Counted from the first letter of the whole stretch, positions 25,401-40,200 are shown. The stretch: DNA of 57,008 nucleotides, filler included, from Sphacelaria rigidula (GCA_964200075.2; 4 parts of 4 records of this genome joined end to end with filler, not necessarily neighbours in it); one strand, 5' to 3'. Made by a program: numbers and translations. Notes: generated from the letters alone by a model not told the origin.

Positions 25401-28400
25401 TAAAATCACCATGAAAACGGATGAACCCACCAACCGAAAAAGCGGATGCTACAGATTGGCGGTTCTGTACTGCGTGTTCATCATCCGGCCTTGCATCGAA
25501 AACCAATCCCTATCCGATACATTTGCTTCATAATCCAATACTTTTCAGATCACGGTAGAACATCAAGAGGTATGGGTGAAAATCGAACAGGGGGGATACC
25601 CGCGGTTGAGGCTGAAGCACGATTGACTAGTAGAGAGCTGCTTGGTGCTTTCTCCTCGTCCAAACAATCCTTTTCAACAGGGCGCATTTCGCATCGGAGA
25701 ATTTCCAGCGGAGATATGTGCCTACTAAACCTTGCAGTCAAAGCGTGGGAATAACTGAGTCAAACTGTTACTTTCCCTTCTTTTGAACACCCTTCCAGTC
25801 AAGTTCGCGCTCGTCAGAATCTGATTCTCCCATAACTTCTCCTCACCTGCATAGCAGCCAAAGCAAAGTGCTGTGCCAATTCTCGCTCCAGATGGTCTGT
25901 GAAATCCTTATCGTCCAAATCTGGGCTCAGGGCTGTCCACGACAAAGATGAGCGTTGGTTGTTGCGTTCGGACGGGGGAAGGATAAGGGGAGAGGCGAGT
26001 TTGGGGACAAGCAAGCCGCGGGGCGAACCAGGTCAGGAAGGCGTGCGTGTACGAAATTTGTGCTTACCGTACGGAACCGACCTGGCTTGCTTCAAGCATA
26101 CGCATGGATACGGATGAAAGGTTCGATTTTCGTTAAAAAATAACGAATGTGACCCACGAGGCGGAACTCAGTGAACGCTGGCGCACTGATACGCACAGAA
26201 CGTTGGAAAACGAAGAGAAAAAATGGGGAAACGGAAATATTCAGCATCTCCCCGTGAATCCAACAAGGTAAACCGTTCCGTCGCTCACGGCGTGCTGCCC
26301 CTCGGAACAGTTTCTTGGAGAATGACGGTCTTGTAGACGAGGGAACCCCCACGACAGCAGCACGCTCGGGTGTTCGAATGATTTCGCAAGAGCCTACCTT
26401 TGTTGACGTTGAGCGTCCACCAGGTTGGGGGGTTATCGCGGAATAGCTCGTGTTTGTACGACGTTCATGGCGATTAGGATGGTTGCGTCCCTGTGCGCTC
26501 TCGTATCTCGCTTGCATAGCCGTTGACGCTTCCAAACAGCGCAGATGCTTGCGCGTTTGGAGAGAAGCTAATGTTGAGTGGTGTACAGACATCAGAAAAA
26601 AGAGCACGAGCTATGTGGTGCGTAGCAATGGCTCAGCAGATGCAGACCTCCTTGTTCACACGACGTTGTCTGTTTCGTGACAACGATTTTGATCCACCGC
26701 CGGGCGGACAAATAAATGCGGCCTGTTGGCGCATGGACACACAAGGCCGTGTCTTATCGAGACCAAAAATAGAAGCGGGAGAAGAAATGAGCGTCAGAAA
26801 GCAGCATGTTGATTGATCGCTGGTGCGGGTATTCGGTTGCAGCAGTATATCAACGTGCTGCTTTTGGGCGCTTTTTCCATTTCCGAGAAGACACGACCCA
26901 AATGGGTCCATCCAAGTCTTTCATCGATTCCCCTGTTCGTAATGAATAGCGAACCCATCATGCAGGGCGACCAAAAAAGATCCGTGAAGCCGATCGCTTT
27001 CCATCAGACATGGAATGTGGGCAGCACAGTACCAGTGACCAAGGGCCGACGCCGACCCGCAGTTTCATCTACTGCTGTCCGTGCACACTCCATGTGTGTA
27101 TCCCTCAAGAACAGTATGGATACAAAAAGCATGACTGAGGGCGAAATGTGGACACCGGTGGTCGATATACCATTCGCAAGTTAAGCCTCCTCAAATCCAC
27201 GCAAAAAAGTCTTCTTGTTGGGCGAACCCTGATGGGTGGGACTTCATCTTTATGAACCAACAGTTCATCTTTACAGCATGGTTCCAGCGTATACACACAG
27301 GTCAACCATGAATCTCAGGGCACGATGAACTCGCGGGAACCCGCTTCCCGGTGACACCTCAAGAAGTCATGCCCGGGCGAGCTTTTCACAGAATATAGTG
27401 TTCAAAAAGCGTCAAGACACCAGCAAGGCTCAGGGAAAAAAATGTCATGAAATGAGTGATGCTTCATCAGAAAGGTTCGTCCATCAACGGCTACGAAACA
27501 TGACACATGGGGGGGGCTTCACTTTTTTTACGCCAGCTCTCAACCAATTCCGACCCACTTTCTACTGGTTGTCATACTCTAATATTTTCGTACAGCTGAT
27601 GTGTGGGGGACTGCAACAGTGACGTGCATACCACACACATTCCTCTTGGCATATTTTAGGGCAAGTGACGAATTTTGGGACGTGCCTCCTAGGACATCTG
27701 CTCATAGTGTCCCCTTCCTTGGTGTCAAATATCAACAAGACTCATGGGCTACCGGAATACTTCTCATCATTGTACTGATCCAGATCATGAGCTAGCGCAC
27801 TTGACCCCCATTTGCCAAATTTGGTGCTGATTCAACAGATGATGTATGCGGGCCACATGTGCTGGCGGGATGAATCATCAAGTTCCAGGGTGCATATCCA
27901 TCTCCGGATCTCCAGAGTATGCATCTCAGGTTCTCATCTCCTGAAGCGTGCATAATTCGTCCGGCAGTGTCCCAGTGGGGGCGGAGTATTCGTTCCTCCG
28001 CAAGAGCCGGCCAAGACAGTAAGTAGACCTTACCAACTGGTCATACACAATGGTTGGTACTTGATTTTACTTCGTTTCGAAACGAACGCCGAAATTCGGA
28101 TCTTCACATGTGGTGGCGGTCCCGATTGCTCCCCTGATACGTCGTCCAGAACGTGTTTCCGTCCAAAATTAGCGCCACGAGGTATCAAGAGGTCTACTCT
28201 CGACATCAGATAGTGATGATAGTTTTTCACCTTGCGACTTGGAACCAGTAGTGTTTACCAGCGTTGTGCCAGAATATGTTGATGGTTGATATTACTTAAT
28301 TTCAGGTTGAGCGAGAATCGGTTCTTTAGTAGGGCTGAGAGTCCTATGCCTCGCCCTAGTAGAACGCTTCTTTGTTGAAATCGGCGCCACAGTGAATGCT

Positions 28401-28817
28401 AGATTAAGGGCATCTAGTGCCTCTGCTCGTAATATATTGATTTTAGTATAGAAACTNNNNNNNNNNNNNNNNNNNNNNNNNNNNNNNNNNNNNNNNNNNN
28501 TTAATTAATTAANNNNNNNNNNNNNNNNNNNNNNNNNNNNNNNNNNNNNNNNNNNNTGGTGTTATCGGTCGAAACGAGTAAATACCCCGTTCATCAGGAG
28601 GGTGTTATTGAACGTGAAACACATATTTTCGGCCATAGTGCAATGAGTAGGTAGAACTTCAAAAAAATAAAACTATACGTTTCTTAACAAATATAATCGG
28701 GACGGGCTCGATCGGCCGAAAGTACAGAAGAAAAAGAATCTGGGCTAAAACGTGGCAGGACCCCCGATGACCGGTCAGCCCGTAAGTCATTTGATACTGA
28801 GTACAGATAATTTTTTC

Positions 28818-28960
28818 TTCTTGAAATGTGGAGCGGATACAAATATTTTCAGACCCCCGATGTGACTAGCAGTAGCAAGCGAAGAGAGCCCAAGAAAATC
28901 GCCAATTACGAAAAAATCACAAAATGCCCCAAAATGAGTAGCTAGACCGCCCACTACTGT
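28818..28960. repeat. Second copy of the 12935-13078 repeat
   Basis: Directly alignable by eye with 12935-13078. Confidence 0.65.
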
Positions 28961-30951
28961 GAATCATAGTATGCCCCTGTAACGAACCCTATCACCGACA
29001 ACGTGATTCCCAGCTCGAAGTCAAAGCAGCATCAACGTTTATTGGGGGTTAAATGTCAACCACCAGCATACGATGTACGTACATTTAAGTATGTACAGTG
29101 TGCGGAGGGATGTGGCCAGCCCGTGTGCGCACCAGTTTTTGTGCAGTAGTTTCTAGCAGGCTTTGTCTTCAATCGCACTGCCGCCAGACATGGCTGGAAG
29201 GGGTAAGTAGGAGGGGCAGGCTGCCCAGCCATTGCTGCGTATTGCAGTCGTCACATACTCTCGGACTCCCGTCACATGATCTCCAAGCTGTTTGTTGGCT
29301 TCTTCTTTTTTTGTCAAGGGAGTGGTGAACGCAGGGTCCTTGGATATGATGCCCGCGCTCCAACGCTAAATGATGAAATTTCGCAAAAGAAAAACAAGAC
29401 GTTTTCACACTGTACTCGAGTCATTTCGACCGCGGCAGGACCCGCATCGCGTCTACACTACACTCGTCTCCTTTTACCCGTCATCCTAGACCTCTTCGCC
29501 ACACCGTTTACTAGAGCATCGGGAGCCCTGAGCCTCGATGTTGGTTGGGGCATCTCCAGCACTGTCACTCTGTTTTTGGCTGACAGAAGTCTGGACCGCA
29601 CCTCCATAGCCACTCCTCTCCCCAGCCTACCTGCTGCTACTGGGCAGACCCCCTGCTCGGTAGGGTTTCTGCTCAGCACGACTCCGGATATGTAGTAGGG
29701 CATCTGGTCCACTCGCCCCAGCGTAACCATCTCCTACGTGATTTTTGTGCAGGGACGTGTTATCCCCCCGGTGCGCTTGTCCTGTATCAACATATATCAA
29801 TATAATGCTCGGTGCTTGATCGCTGCAACCTCTGCTGATGTGATTGGTTGAGCACCACCGGAGAATTAACCCCTCCCGACAAAGTCACTACAGTGCTGCA
29901 TGAATTTACTACCATCAGCACGGACGATGTGGGTCCCAAAAGGGTTCATGTGCAAACCTCTATTCAGACCCTGAACATGTTGAATATTTACCTCGAGGAT
30001 CAGTTACACGTGGAATTTCAAACGGGTCAACGGTGATGGGCTCGAATAAGCCCCCGCGCCCGAGGAAACGATCGAGCACGGTGAAGTGACGCACACACTT
30101 GAGCACGGAGTCCTACATCGTCCCCGAAAATCTGCATGTTTATTTCTGTCGACTGATACTAACATGATTTTTCCGAGCGCCGACAATGTCCCTGACCAAA
30201 AAACAAGAGGTATCATGCTCAAGGATCTACTCCGTGGAAGCATCCAACATGTTCATGTTCACTATGGAAATGTGCGTTTGTCTGCCCAACGTCGGTTGCA
30301 TATATATATATATATATATTGCGTCACGCATTTGAACCTCCGATTCGCGGCTCCAAGGCATCAACCCCCCCCTCCCCCGCTGCATGCGTAGCGTTTTGGT
30401 GTTGTGTGTTGGATCATGACCAAACACTCCCGCAACGCATCGACTCTTGCCCTATGAATTTACTTTGCTATTCACTCCCTTACGTTTTTATCCAATCCAC
30501 GGAAAGCATACGCCTTCCAGGAGGGGAAGCCCATACGGCACCTGGCGGATAGGAATACGTATTATTTTGACCGGATAGCTGGAGACAACGTGAAGGAGTA
30601 AATCGGCCGCTGTCGAATTTAAGAGTACACGGTTTATCTTGCAAATGTCCGACTGGGCAACAAACGGTGGCCAAGTCAGCGGTTCACACTTTTGCTCCGT
30701 ATCACCCGTGCATACCGCAACACCATCGACGCGTCTCCACTTGACCCACCACAGCTCTTGCTAACCCGGAATACATCAATTTGTGAAGTATGCGACGACA
30801 ACTCCCACCATACAGTCACATTTTGTTTGACACATGAACGAAACTTCATACAGCATCGATCAAAGTCACAGCCAGGCGAATTACAAGTCAATCGATTGCC
30901 TAACTCCGGCCGCCTGTCCGTCGTGCCCCACTCTTCGTCACACCCATCAAG

Positions 30952-31213
30952 GGCATCCGGTCGGTTGAGAGGTATCAATCCAGACGGAGTCCCCATGGAA
31001 GATCCAGAAGCGGCGTTCATCAAGAATGGAAGAAAGATCTACAACAATGGTTACAGTATCCATACGGTGGATACAACTTCGAATTATGCTTCGGGACATG
31101 TTTCGGAGCCGCCACCGCGTCCGTCGTATCGATCTTCGCGATTTTCCGGAGATCTGTCCTTCGTAGATGCTGCTTCGGGTGCCTCTGGGGATGGGAGTCT
31201 CCAGCTGAAACAG
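30952..31213 (+). CDS. WDR76: WDR76-like exon (N-terminal region)
   Basis: RASGRLRG motif, AAG acceptor and CAG|GTGACT donor. Confidence 0.65.
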
Positions 31214-34200
31214 GTGACTGGTTTTAACGGCGCAGTAATGACTTCATCTTCCGTGAAAAGCATTCACCACGAAACGAATTGTTGGTTACGCAACCTGTGA
31301 GTACTGCCTCATTGCTGAACAGGGAAGGCGGCCCTGCGTGTTTTTGTTTGGCAGCTCAGCTCTTGTTTGGCCATATTCTGCCTCTCGTGCGGCTATCTTT
31401 CTGCGTTTTCGATGCGGTAAGTCCGTGAGACACGTCAACACTCGGCAGTGTCGCATAGGACCGGCGACGTCCCTGTGGTGACCAAAGCAGTAACACCGCG
31501 GAGTACAGTATTTCGTTTTCGAGCAACAAGTCACCGGCATACGCGCAATGCAGCATGATTCGCTTATTTGTTTCATTATTTTCAATTTGTGCACCCCCCG
31601 CCCCCCTATTTGTACGGCAACGCGCAGATGCTAGGCGGCATGGTGGGACGTTATGGCGTTGACGAGGACGATACTGACGTCGAGCTGACCAAACCTGACG
31701 AGGCGCTCACCAGGTGAACTGCTGTCGCCCGGTAGGTTCACCCTTGAGACTACACCGCACAGCTCGGTGCAGTATCACTGCGCCACTGCATGCCGCACAA
31801 AACACCGGTAGGTCAGCCACTCAAACACAGCTACAGATGATGAACTAGTTTTAGGAGGCAGGAGTACCAGAGTACTACTGAACATTTTATAGTAGAGCAC
31901 AGTGTGTCCTGAATGTTTGCCGAGCGCTACTGCAGCGACCGTCTGCGCATGAAATACTTTACCCCAGCCGAAGCAAAAGCTGGATTCTTACCCGCAGCTG
32001 CACCTATGCTCTTGAAACTTGGTGGGTGGAAAAGACCGACGGTGGTGTTGAAGCGCACTGCAGTGTGTACCGGACTGTGATACACGACGATAGGCTGTGA
32101 GCATGACCAATGGCTTATGCTTGTGGCTCTCAAAATCGAGCTGAAGATGGAATCAAGCGTATAGATACCCGTCTGGCTCGCAAGATCTTTCGGTGACCGT
32201 TGTGTATTGGACCTTTACGGTGGGGCATCTTGCCCGTCGCGCCCGCTCCTCTGATTGGAAAAATAGATTACGCAGCCTGAGCGTGGCTGAAAGCGGGGTG
32301 TGCAAGGTGGTGACTGAGAGGGGGTTCAGCATCTCGTGGCATCCGAGTAACTCCAAGCTGCTCGTGGCAGTCGGAGATAAGGTTTGTACCATAGTACACG
32401 CATTTTGTGTTTTTGCCTTCCTCTGCGGGCTGTTTGGTTTACGGGTATGGGTGGTATGCTTCTTGCACTCTGTGACCACGGGTTCGAGAGATCGAGCTAA
32501 TGTGACGACCATAATAATAATAACAATAATAATACTAATACTACCAATAATACTACTAACAATGATATGAACACGCCCATGGCCGAGTAGGCCACGGCCA
32601 GAGTCGCGGAGTGATGCTACGACAGGGGACGGGGTGTTTGGGGCCATTCCTTTCGCGAAATTTTACCTCAAATCGTCGTTGAAAGCAGCAACCCTTGGTC
32701 GAACGCGCGTGCTACCAATAAAAGACACACTCATGCATACCACTTTGAAACCGTTCATGACCCGAATACAAGCGCACCACGAGTAGTTACCCGTTTGACA
32801 CGTCTGCCAGCCCCTGTTTTTCGTGGGATTACCCCCTCCCCTTATCGTAGCATCACTCCGGGTGTACGGGTTTTTGCTGTTGCATTTATTGTTTTTTCGA
32901 GGCGGGAGGGTACGTTTGGGATAATCAATTGTCGCCCGAAGGGGTTGAACAACGGTTCCGTGAATGTACGTTAACTGACCGATTTTCTTGGCTGGCATGA
33001 TCAGGGTTCATTGTTTGAACGCACGAAATGAGGCAAATCCACTGGGTCGGCCGATCTCTTGCCCCCGCTGCCATGAAATTCCCACATCGGAACTCATCAT
33101 TTGGTATTTGTCGGTATCTATCATCTTCGTTCACTGTGATCCCGGAGTGTGGGTTGCGACGGACGTGGGGGCTGATGTTTCTTTGCAGAGTGGTTGCACT
33201 CGTCGGGTGTTACGATCTAAGATTACTTCACGGTTCTTTCATCGACTTTGGTGTGGGTACGGGGGTTAAGGTGGTACGGCGGTGACTCGTGCACGCCCCC
33301 TCTGGCCCTGTATGAATGATCTCCATGGTTCGGGTAGAATACGTTCGCCAGGTAGAAAAAAAAATGTTCTTGGACAGTTTCGGTTGGAGTTTGGTTCCAT
33401 GACAAAATTTATGTCGTTCCCCTGTGAACGCGTCGCCGTAGTGTCTCGGCTGAATCCTGTGTGCGTTTCTCCCGTGTGTCGTACGTTTGCCTCGTCGGCC
33501 TCACGTCGGTGTCAACAATCATCTCTCGTGCCACGCTCTATTTCCCGCAGTGCGGAAACGTGGGTGTGTGGGATATAGATAAAGGCAGCGACGGGGTGCT
33601 CGAGTTCAAGCCCCACGTCGGCGCCGTTCCCCGCTTGGAATTCGATCCTTTGGACGGACACAAACTGCTGTCCACCTCTTATGATGGCAGCGTGCGGAGG
33701 ATGGATGTTGAGAAAGGCAACTTCGAGCAGGCGAGTAATGGCAGTACAACATCGTACCCGTATCCCTAGCTGTCCGACCTCAACCCGAGCTTCAGCCAGG
33801 AAATGATTGATGAAGATACACAGACTTGTGATGAGTATTTTTCGGTGTCATGTGTTGAGACCCTGTACTTTCAAAGATCGCAATATGACGGGGGCCTTCT
33901 GTAACTGTACTGTGCACGCCCACCTCCCGCGAGAGCTGATATCTCATCGAAACCGTGTCCCTCTCCTCATCTCAAGCGGCATTTTGCAGAGGATGAGAAA
34001 GACAAATTGGAGTAGCCAGGAATGTAAACCAATACAACGCTCATGAACAGGTTCGCGATAGCTACTCTGATGTACCCTGGCCTTGGCTGCATGCACGAAA
34101 AGATGCAAGATATGACCTAGCTCTGGACCACCATATACACGTCGCCCTGTTGCTATCTGCATCTCAAACTCGTGTGTGCAGAGAATGGATGCCGAGGCAG

Positions 34201-37200
34201 GTGAGGTCGAGTAGGTTAACAAGATGATGAAACTCAGCACAGACTCCGGACGCTCAGCCCTCATCTTACCCTCACTCCAATCTATCACCGTAGCCGCGTG
34301 CCGTGTAATAGCACCCAGACCCTACCTTTAATAGTACGCGTTGTTCGATGTATCGATTTTTTGCTCGACTCTGAAAGTGGAACATTCGCGAACCGCACAA
34401 GATTATGTACTGTAGTAAGACTTGGTGAACTACGCTGCGGCCGTCGCTAATGCTTGTCTTGTCTCCGCTCATTAGGAAGCTACCGGCGTTGTCATCACCC
34501 CTGTTAACGGTAAACCGCAAGAAAAGTCGCGGTACCTTATCGTGGTTCGACTCTCCAAACTCTCCAGCGCAAATGTCTAAGTAACGGTCGTCCTCTCTCA
34601 ACTGTGCTGAACTGCACCGTTGCCCTGTGCTTCTTACACACTGCGCTTGAGATGAAAGTAATAATGAGTAGCTCTACCGCCATGTGCGCAGGTCCACGCG
34701 AACAAGGAATCCGACGATGTCATCATCACATACAGCCACCTTCTAGCGGAGGAGCGACTGCTGCTGCTGAGCGATGGAGACGGTGACATCACCGCGGTGG
34801 ATCTGCGCACCAATCAGGAGGTACGATAAGAGGCGTGAAGCTCTCAAAAATTGACGGTCTCGACTTGAACGGACGATAATAATGAGACTTCGAGGGAATA
34901 TGACAATGAACTCTCAAAGTTGACGGTCTTGACTTCAAGGGAAGATAACCATGTCGGGCTCGTTGGTTGTGGGGGGTGGGAGCAGAATACGCATGTCCTT
35001 GTGTTTCTGTACGTGATCAAGTGTCTGCTGTGGTGGTGGTGGTACTTTTTTGCACGGAGCCTTTGGCTTGGTGCTTTCTTGTACTGGAATAAAGATGCGC
35101 TCGTGTCCTCCAGTGATGAGTCTGCTTGCCCTAGCGGTCCTTCGGAAGTGCGTTAGGTGGGCCTGTACGTTGAAGTGTATGTATCGCAAACAATTTCAAC
35201 ATGGCATTGTGAACGTCTCTTCACGTGCATGGTATGATCACGATGACTCCCTGGTGTTTTCTCCAACCGGTAACACTTTACCATCATTTGGATGAAATAT
35301 TTCATGACCTGGTTGCGTGTTCCGTTTGTAAGTACTGTTGTGCCTTGCGATGAGTGTTAACTTGATTCGTACTTTTGCCAGTTTTTGTCATTGTCCATTT
35401 TCGTGTTGCCGTTGTGTCACCACGATGGCACAAACATGTCGCGTTTGTATAGTCATGCTACCACATTTTGTGCTGCCGGTGAGTTGAAACGATCTCTTGT
35501 AACGGTCGTACTCCAGGCCTTTTTGGCGAAAACTAAGATGTCGAGAGTACCGCGTTCAAGGTGCAGTGATGATGATGGCGACGGGGAGACGCTAGGAGAG
35601 TACTCCGATCAGTTGCAACTTTATGGTGCTTTTGTGCACGGTAGGGGGGCGGTTGTGTTGCGTTTTTCGTTCACCGCGTTCCACGTGCCTGCGCTGCGAA
35701 TCGACAGTGCGTGCATCGTTCGTTGTTATGCGTTTATGCTGCTGTTGTTGCCTTTTGGCGGTGATTTCATTATTATGCCAGGTATGGAAGCGAGAAGCAC
35801 ACGAAAAAAAAGCCAACACGGTGCATGCGCATCCCATCGACCGACATATCTTCGCCACGGTAAGTCTCCCTTGATCAGCGGCACGGAAAGCGTACACATT
35901 TGCAGACCTGAGACGAACAGCCGATCCTCAAAATTCAGGATGGATCTTTCCATTGACGACGATATACCCCGGAACATTCAAATCTTCGTATCCACACCAA
36001 CTCTTCGAAATTTGGTTGCATTCCTTCACCTTCGGGTACCTTTTGACAAGTACGACGCGCCGTCCAAATTCGGATTCCGATAACCAAATTTTTGGGTACT
36101 GAAAAGAAAATGATTCTGGGGAGTTTACGTGATCAAAACACATCCCACCTAAACTCCAGAGTTGTTTTTGCACCTAGGACCCAAAATTTTGGCTATCGGA
36201 AATCGAATTGGCATTTTGTGTGTAGTGCTTGTCAAAAGCTACCCGTATGTGAAGGAATGCAACCGTATTTCGAAGAACGGGTGTGGATGGGAAGGATCTG
36301 AATTCCCGGGTTATCATCCTCACTGAAAGCTCAATCCTCAATTTCGATGACCGGCTTTTGACTGCTACTAGCTTACATCATCGAAATACCATGTTCGAAA
36401 GCGTCAAACTGCTTCCCTACATTGCCATCCTTCACCAGGCACTAGTGGTCGGGTTAATCTCATGGGTCGTATGCGGCTTGCCGATTGTGGTAGCACCGGG
36501 ACTGTTTCTTGCCGTAGCGGGCAGCTGGAGTCCCTTCACGAGCGAGATGATGCTTCGTAGACTTGAAATCAGATACGAACATACAGTATGGCGACAACCG
36601 TTGTAATACAAGATGTTTTTCTCGACTTGTGATCGAGGAAGTCTGTGATACTAAACTATGTACGACGCCACAGTACCGTATGGAGCTGTTGGGGCATTGC
36701 CTCTTGTCTCGATCTACCAAAGAGCGCATATGTGCTTCAACCAACGCAGGATTCTACAAATTGCGGATGGTTTTGTTTGAAAATGTGGCCTCGCTCATTC
36801 TAACAAGAATCATCCTCAAATTTATAAAATCTCGTGTCAGCAGGGGATTCCGACGAATAAAGGACAATCTTCTTTTACGAGAATAAACGGAGGTCGAAAT
36901 CGTTCGGTATCATGACGGAATTTTACAAAATACGGATGGACGTTTTCAGGATAAGCGAGGTCACAACATCACGACCGGAGAGGGCATTTGCATTGAAAAT
37001 ACAAATATCATATTCTTATGAAGGTTTTTTCCCCAAGCCTCATGCTCGACAAAAAAAAGTCGATCCACAATTTGAATAATCCAATGTTGGCATTTGGTGG
37101 TGACGAGAATAGCGTCCTGTACGGCTGGTGCCTCATGGAGGCTATCAGGTCAACATGTTATCTGGCCACCGTCCCCTCACGTCGCTGACACGTACCGTGC

Positions 37201-40200
37201 CGCACTACTCCAGGCCTCGCTCGACCGAAGCGTGAAGCTGTGGGACGCGCGGAATTTAGGTGCGGGCAAGGGTGCGAACAACGTCAAAGGGATGGTGCCG
37301 TTGGCCGATATGCCTCATTTTAGGAGCGTTAACAGTGCGCACTTCAGTCCCACGGGAGAATGGTTGGCTACCGTGGGGCAGGACGACAAGATTAAGCTTT
37401 ACAAGGATCTTGCCCAGACGACAGGGGGAAAGGTGAAGCACAAATTTTGGAGTTTGGTATGTAGGTAGGTTGATGGACCGAGAGGGAAGCAGCGGACATC
37501 AGTCGAGTGTTGTTGATGCGCCATTTATTATTTTGTCGCTGCATCAGTTTTCATCATCTGTCTGCACGTGATGGCGATGTGCTGTGCTGTGCTGTGCTGT
37601 GCTGTGCTGTGCTGTGCTGTGCTGTGCTGTGCTGTGCTTCTTGTCAAGGTGGTCGTAAAAGTACGCGAGTTGATGTTCCTTGTGTGGTTTATGTGGAATA
37701 GCGGAATACTCGAGTGTCAACTCCAAGAGAGATGTGCAGACTGAAGACAGCACTGCGACACTCACAGCCATAGCAGTACTGAATAACCAGAGTGCCGTCA
37801 ATTACGAAGGTTGCTTCCGTTCTTCGTGGGGAAATGTTTTGGGGCGTGAGGACGTGCTCGGTGTTCCTCATGTGAATTGTTTCCGTGTGCCAGCATTCCT
37901 GAACCGGGTTAATGATTGTCATTCGGAGACCATCACTGTTGCTGAGGTGATGGAGGGCGGCCATCGACAAGTTGCATTTAGTGCAAAGATGATCGTACGT
38001 GCGACGGCCTGCCTTGCACGTGAAGAACCTCGCACGTTTCGGAGGACTTGAGTGATGAGGAAGATTCTGTTTTCGTGTCACAACGCCCACGTGCTGTGGC
38101 TATATGAGGACGTTACAGTAGCACCTCTTTTTCTCTCAATTCGGGTACGTACAACTTGTCACCACGGTTACATATCTTCAATCAACCAACCAACATAATG
38201 GTACGGTCGCGCGCTGCTCCCGTGAGACACCGTTAGCTCCCTTAGGACACAGCCAAAATCAAATCTTCCAAGGGCTGTGGTGTGCCAACGCCTGTGCATG
38301 CACTCATACGCCCCAAGAACGCATTACACGAGTCGACATGGGAGAGTCATCATGAATTTGCGCGACGTAAGAGTCTCGATCCCAGACACAAGGACCCCCA
38401 GATGCAAGTGACACGTCACGATCGTCTCGCCCCATGATCGCTGACTGCTGTATCGAAACGGGATTACGACCGCAGGCTGCGGTAGCTCCGGTGTACAGCT
38501 TGGCGCACAACAATCAGACGGGACGGTGGCTCACCAAATTCCAGGCGTCGTGGGACCCTAAATCTGAAGGCCTCTTCGCGGTCGGCAGCATGCAAAAGGC
38601 TCCGCACGGGGTACGTTACAGTCAGTGTTCGCTTGGCGGGTGTTGATCGGGGGTCGGAACATTGATTCATCGCCCGATTTGTCCATACTTGCTTCCTGCA
38701 TAAGTTGTGTTTTTCTGTTCCAAGACAGGGTCGTGCCGGCTGCTGTTTCCTTGTCTTCATGTGCTCTTGAACCCCTTCACATGTTGATGACTGTCACAGG
38801 ATCTGCGGCTTGGGGGTTGAGTGTTCACTGTTTACCGCCGTATATCAGGGCAAAACTGCAGCACCGTAACTTGGTGTGAGAGCGATGCCAGTGTATCCTA
38901 GAGGCAACAGGCAAAGTCCAGTCGACGGTTTGTGGAGCAAGGGGCGGGATCAAGGATGAGGGAGGGCGGAGTTTGTTGCAGACTTGGTGTTCACCACCCC
39001 ACCTCGACATGATTCTGTATTCGAGTGTCGCTCTCATACTTATCGCTTCGGAGATTAAGGAGGCGACACCCCTAATGTCGGAATCGTGAGTGTTCCGTTG
39101 AAGAAAGTTTCACACAAGTATTAATGACCACGCTGCAAATTCAGGTTGAAGCTGCATAACCTGTCGAACACTGGATCAAATGCCGCATTCGATTTGACTT
39201 CACCAATGACCGCCACGACACCAGCTTGTTGTACGTCCCCGTATGCTGACGTCAAATGCAGAAATCTCTTGCTTCACGTACCCTTTCGAAATACCCTGAG
39301 GAGTGCACATGATGTATAGGTCGTGGTCCGGTCGTTGCACAATATTTGACTGGATCAGGTCGATTCCGTGAACTGGAGGACGTGGTAAAAGTTGGACAAA
39401 GTCGCACATGCCGTGACACCAAAGCGTGCTTGGTCTAACTTTAGTACAAACACGGGTTCTTACAAATTGGGGATGGATCTTTTATTGGGGATGAGAAACC
39501 CGGAGAAATAAAATCTTCGTATCCACACCTTATCTTCGAAATATGATTCCATTTTTTCACCTACGGATAGTTATCGACAACTGCTACACGCCATAGAAAT
39601 TTGGATTGCGATCACCAAAATGTTGCGATCCTAGGTGAAAAACCAATTTTGGGGAATTCTGGGTGTCCAAACGGACGCCAAAACGGTTCCGAAATCGTTT
39701 TTTTACTCATGACGGTAACATTTCGGTGATCGAAATCCAAATTTCTATGGCGTGTAGCAGGTGTCGATAGCTATCAGTAGGTGAAAAAATTGAACCATAT
39801 TTCGAAGATTTGGTGTGAATACGAAGATTTGGTGTGAGTACGAAGATTTTAATCTCCGGGTGTCTCATCCCCAATAAAAGATCCATCCCCAATTTGTAAG
39901 ATCCCGTGTTTACAGTCCGTATCCACCGCACTGATTGTATCCGCTGTTACGGGTCATACTGACTATCGTACTCGAAGAGAGCTCTTGTAATCGCCATGGC
40001 AGTATCTACCAAGAGCAAAGACGCCGTCAGCACTAACTCACCCACAGAGACACGATAAATATTCATTGCGTACCTACCGCACGGATTATTAAGCCTGGAT
40101 CCGTCACCAATCATCTGCCTCGAACTCTCCGTGCTCATCACGTTGGTTTTAGTATCCCCATTCCGACCGCACGCATTTCGTCTCGACACCGAACGGAGTT

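Noticed and set aside
28978..30008. Solo LTR (TGTAAC...GTTACA)
   Set aside because: The termini look LTR-like but the flanks (GCCCC vs CGTGG) give no TSD, so boundaries are unsupported.
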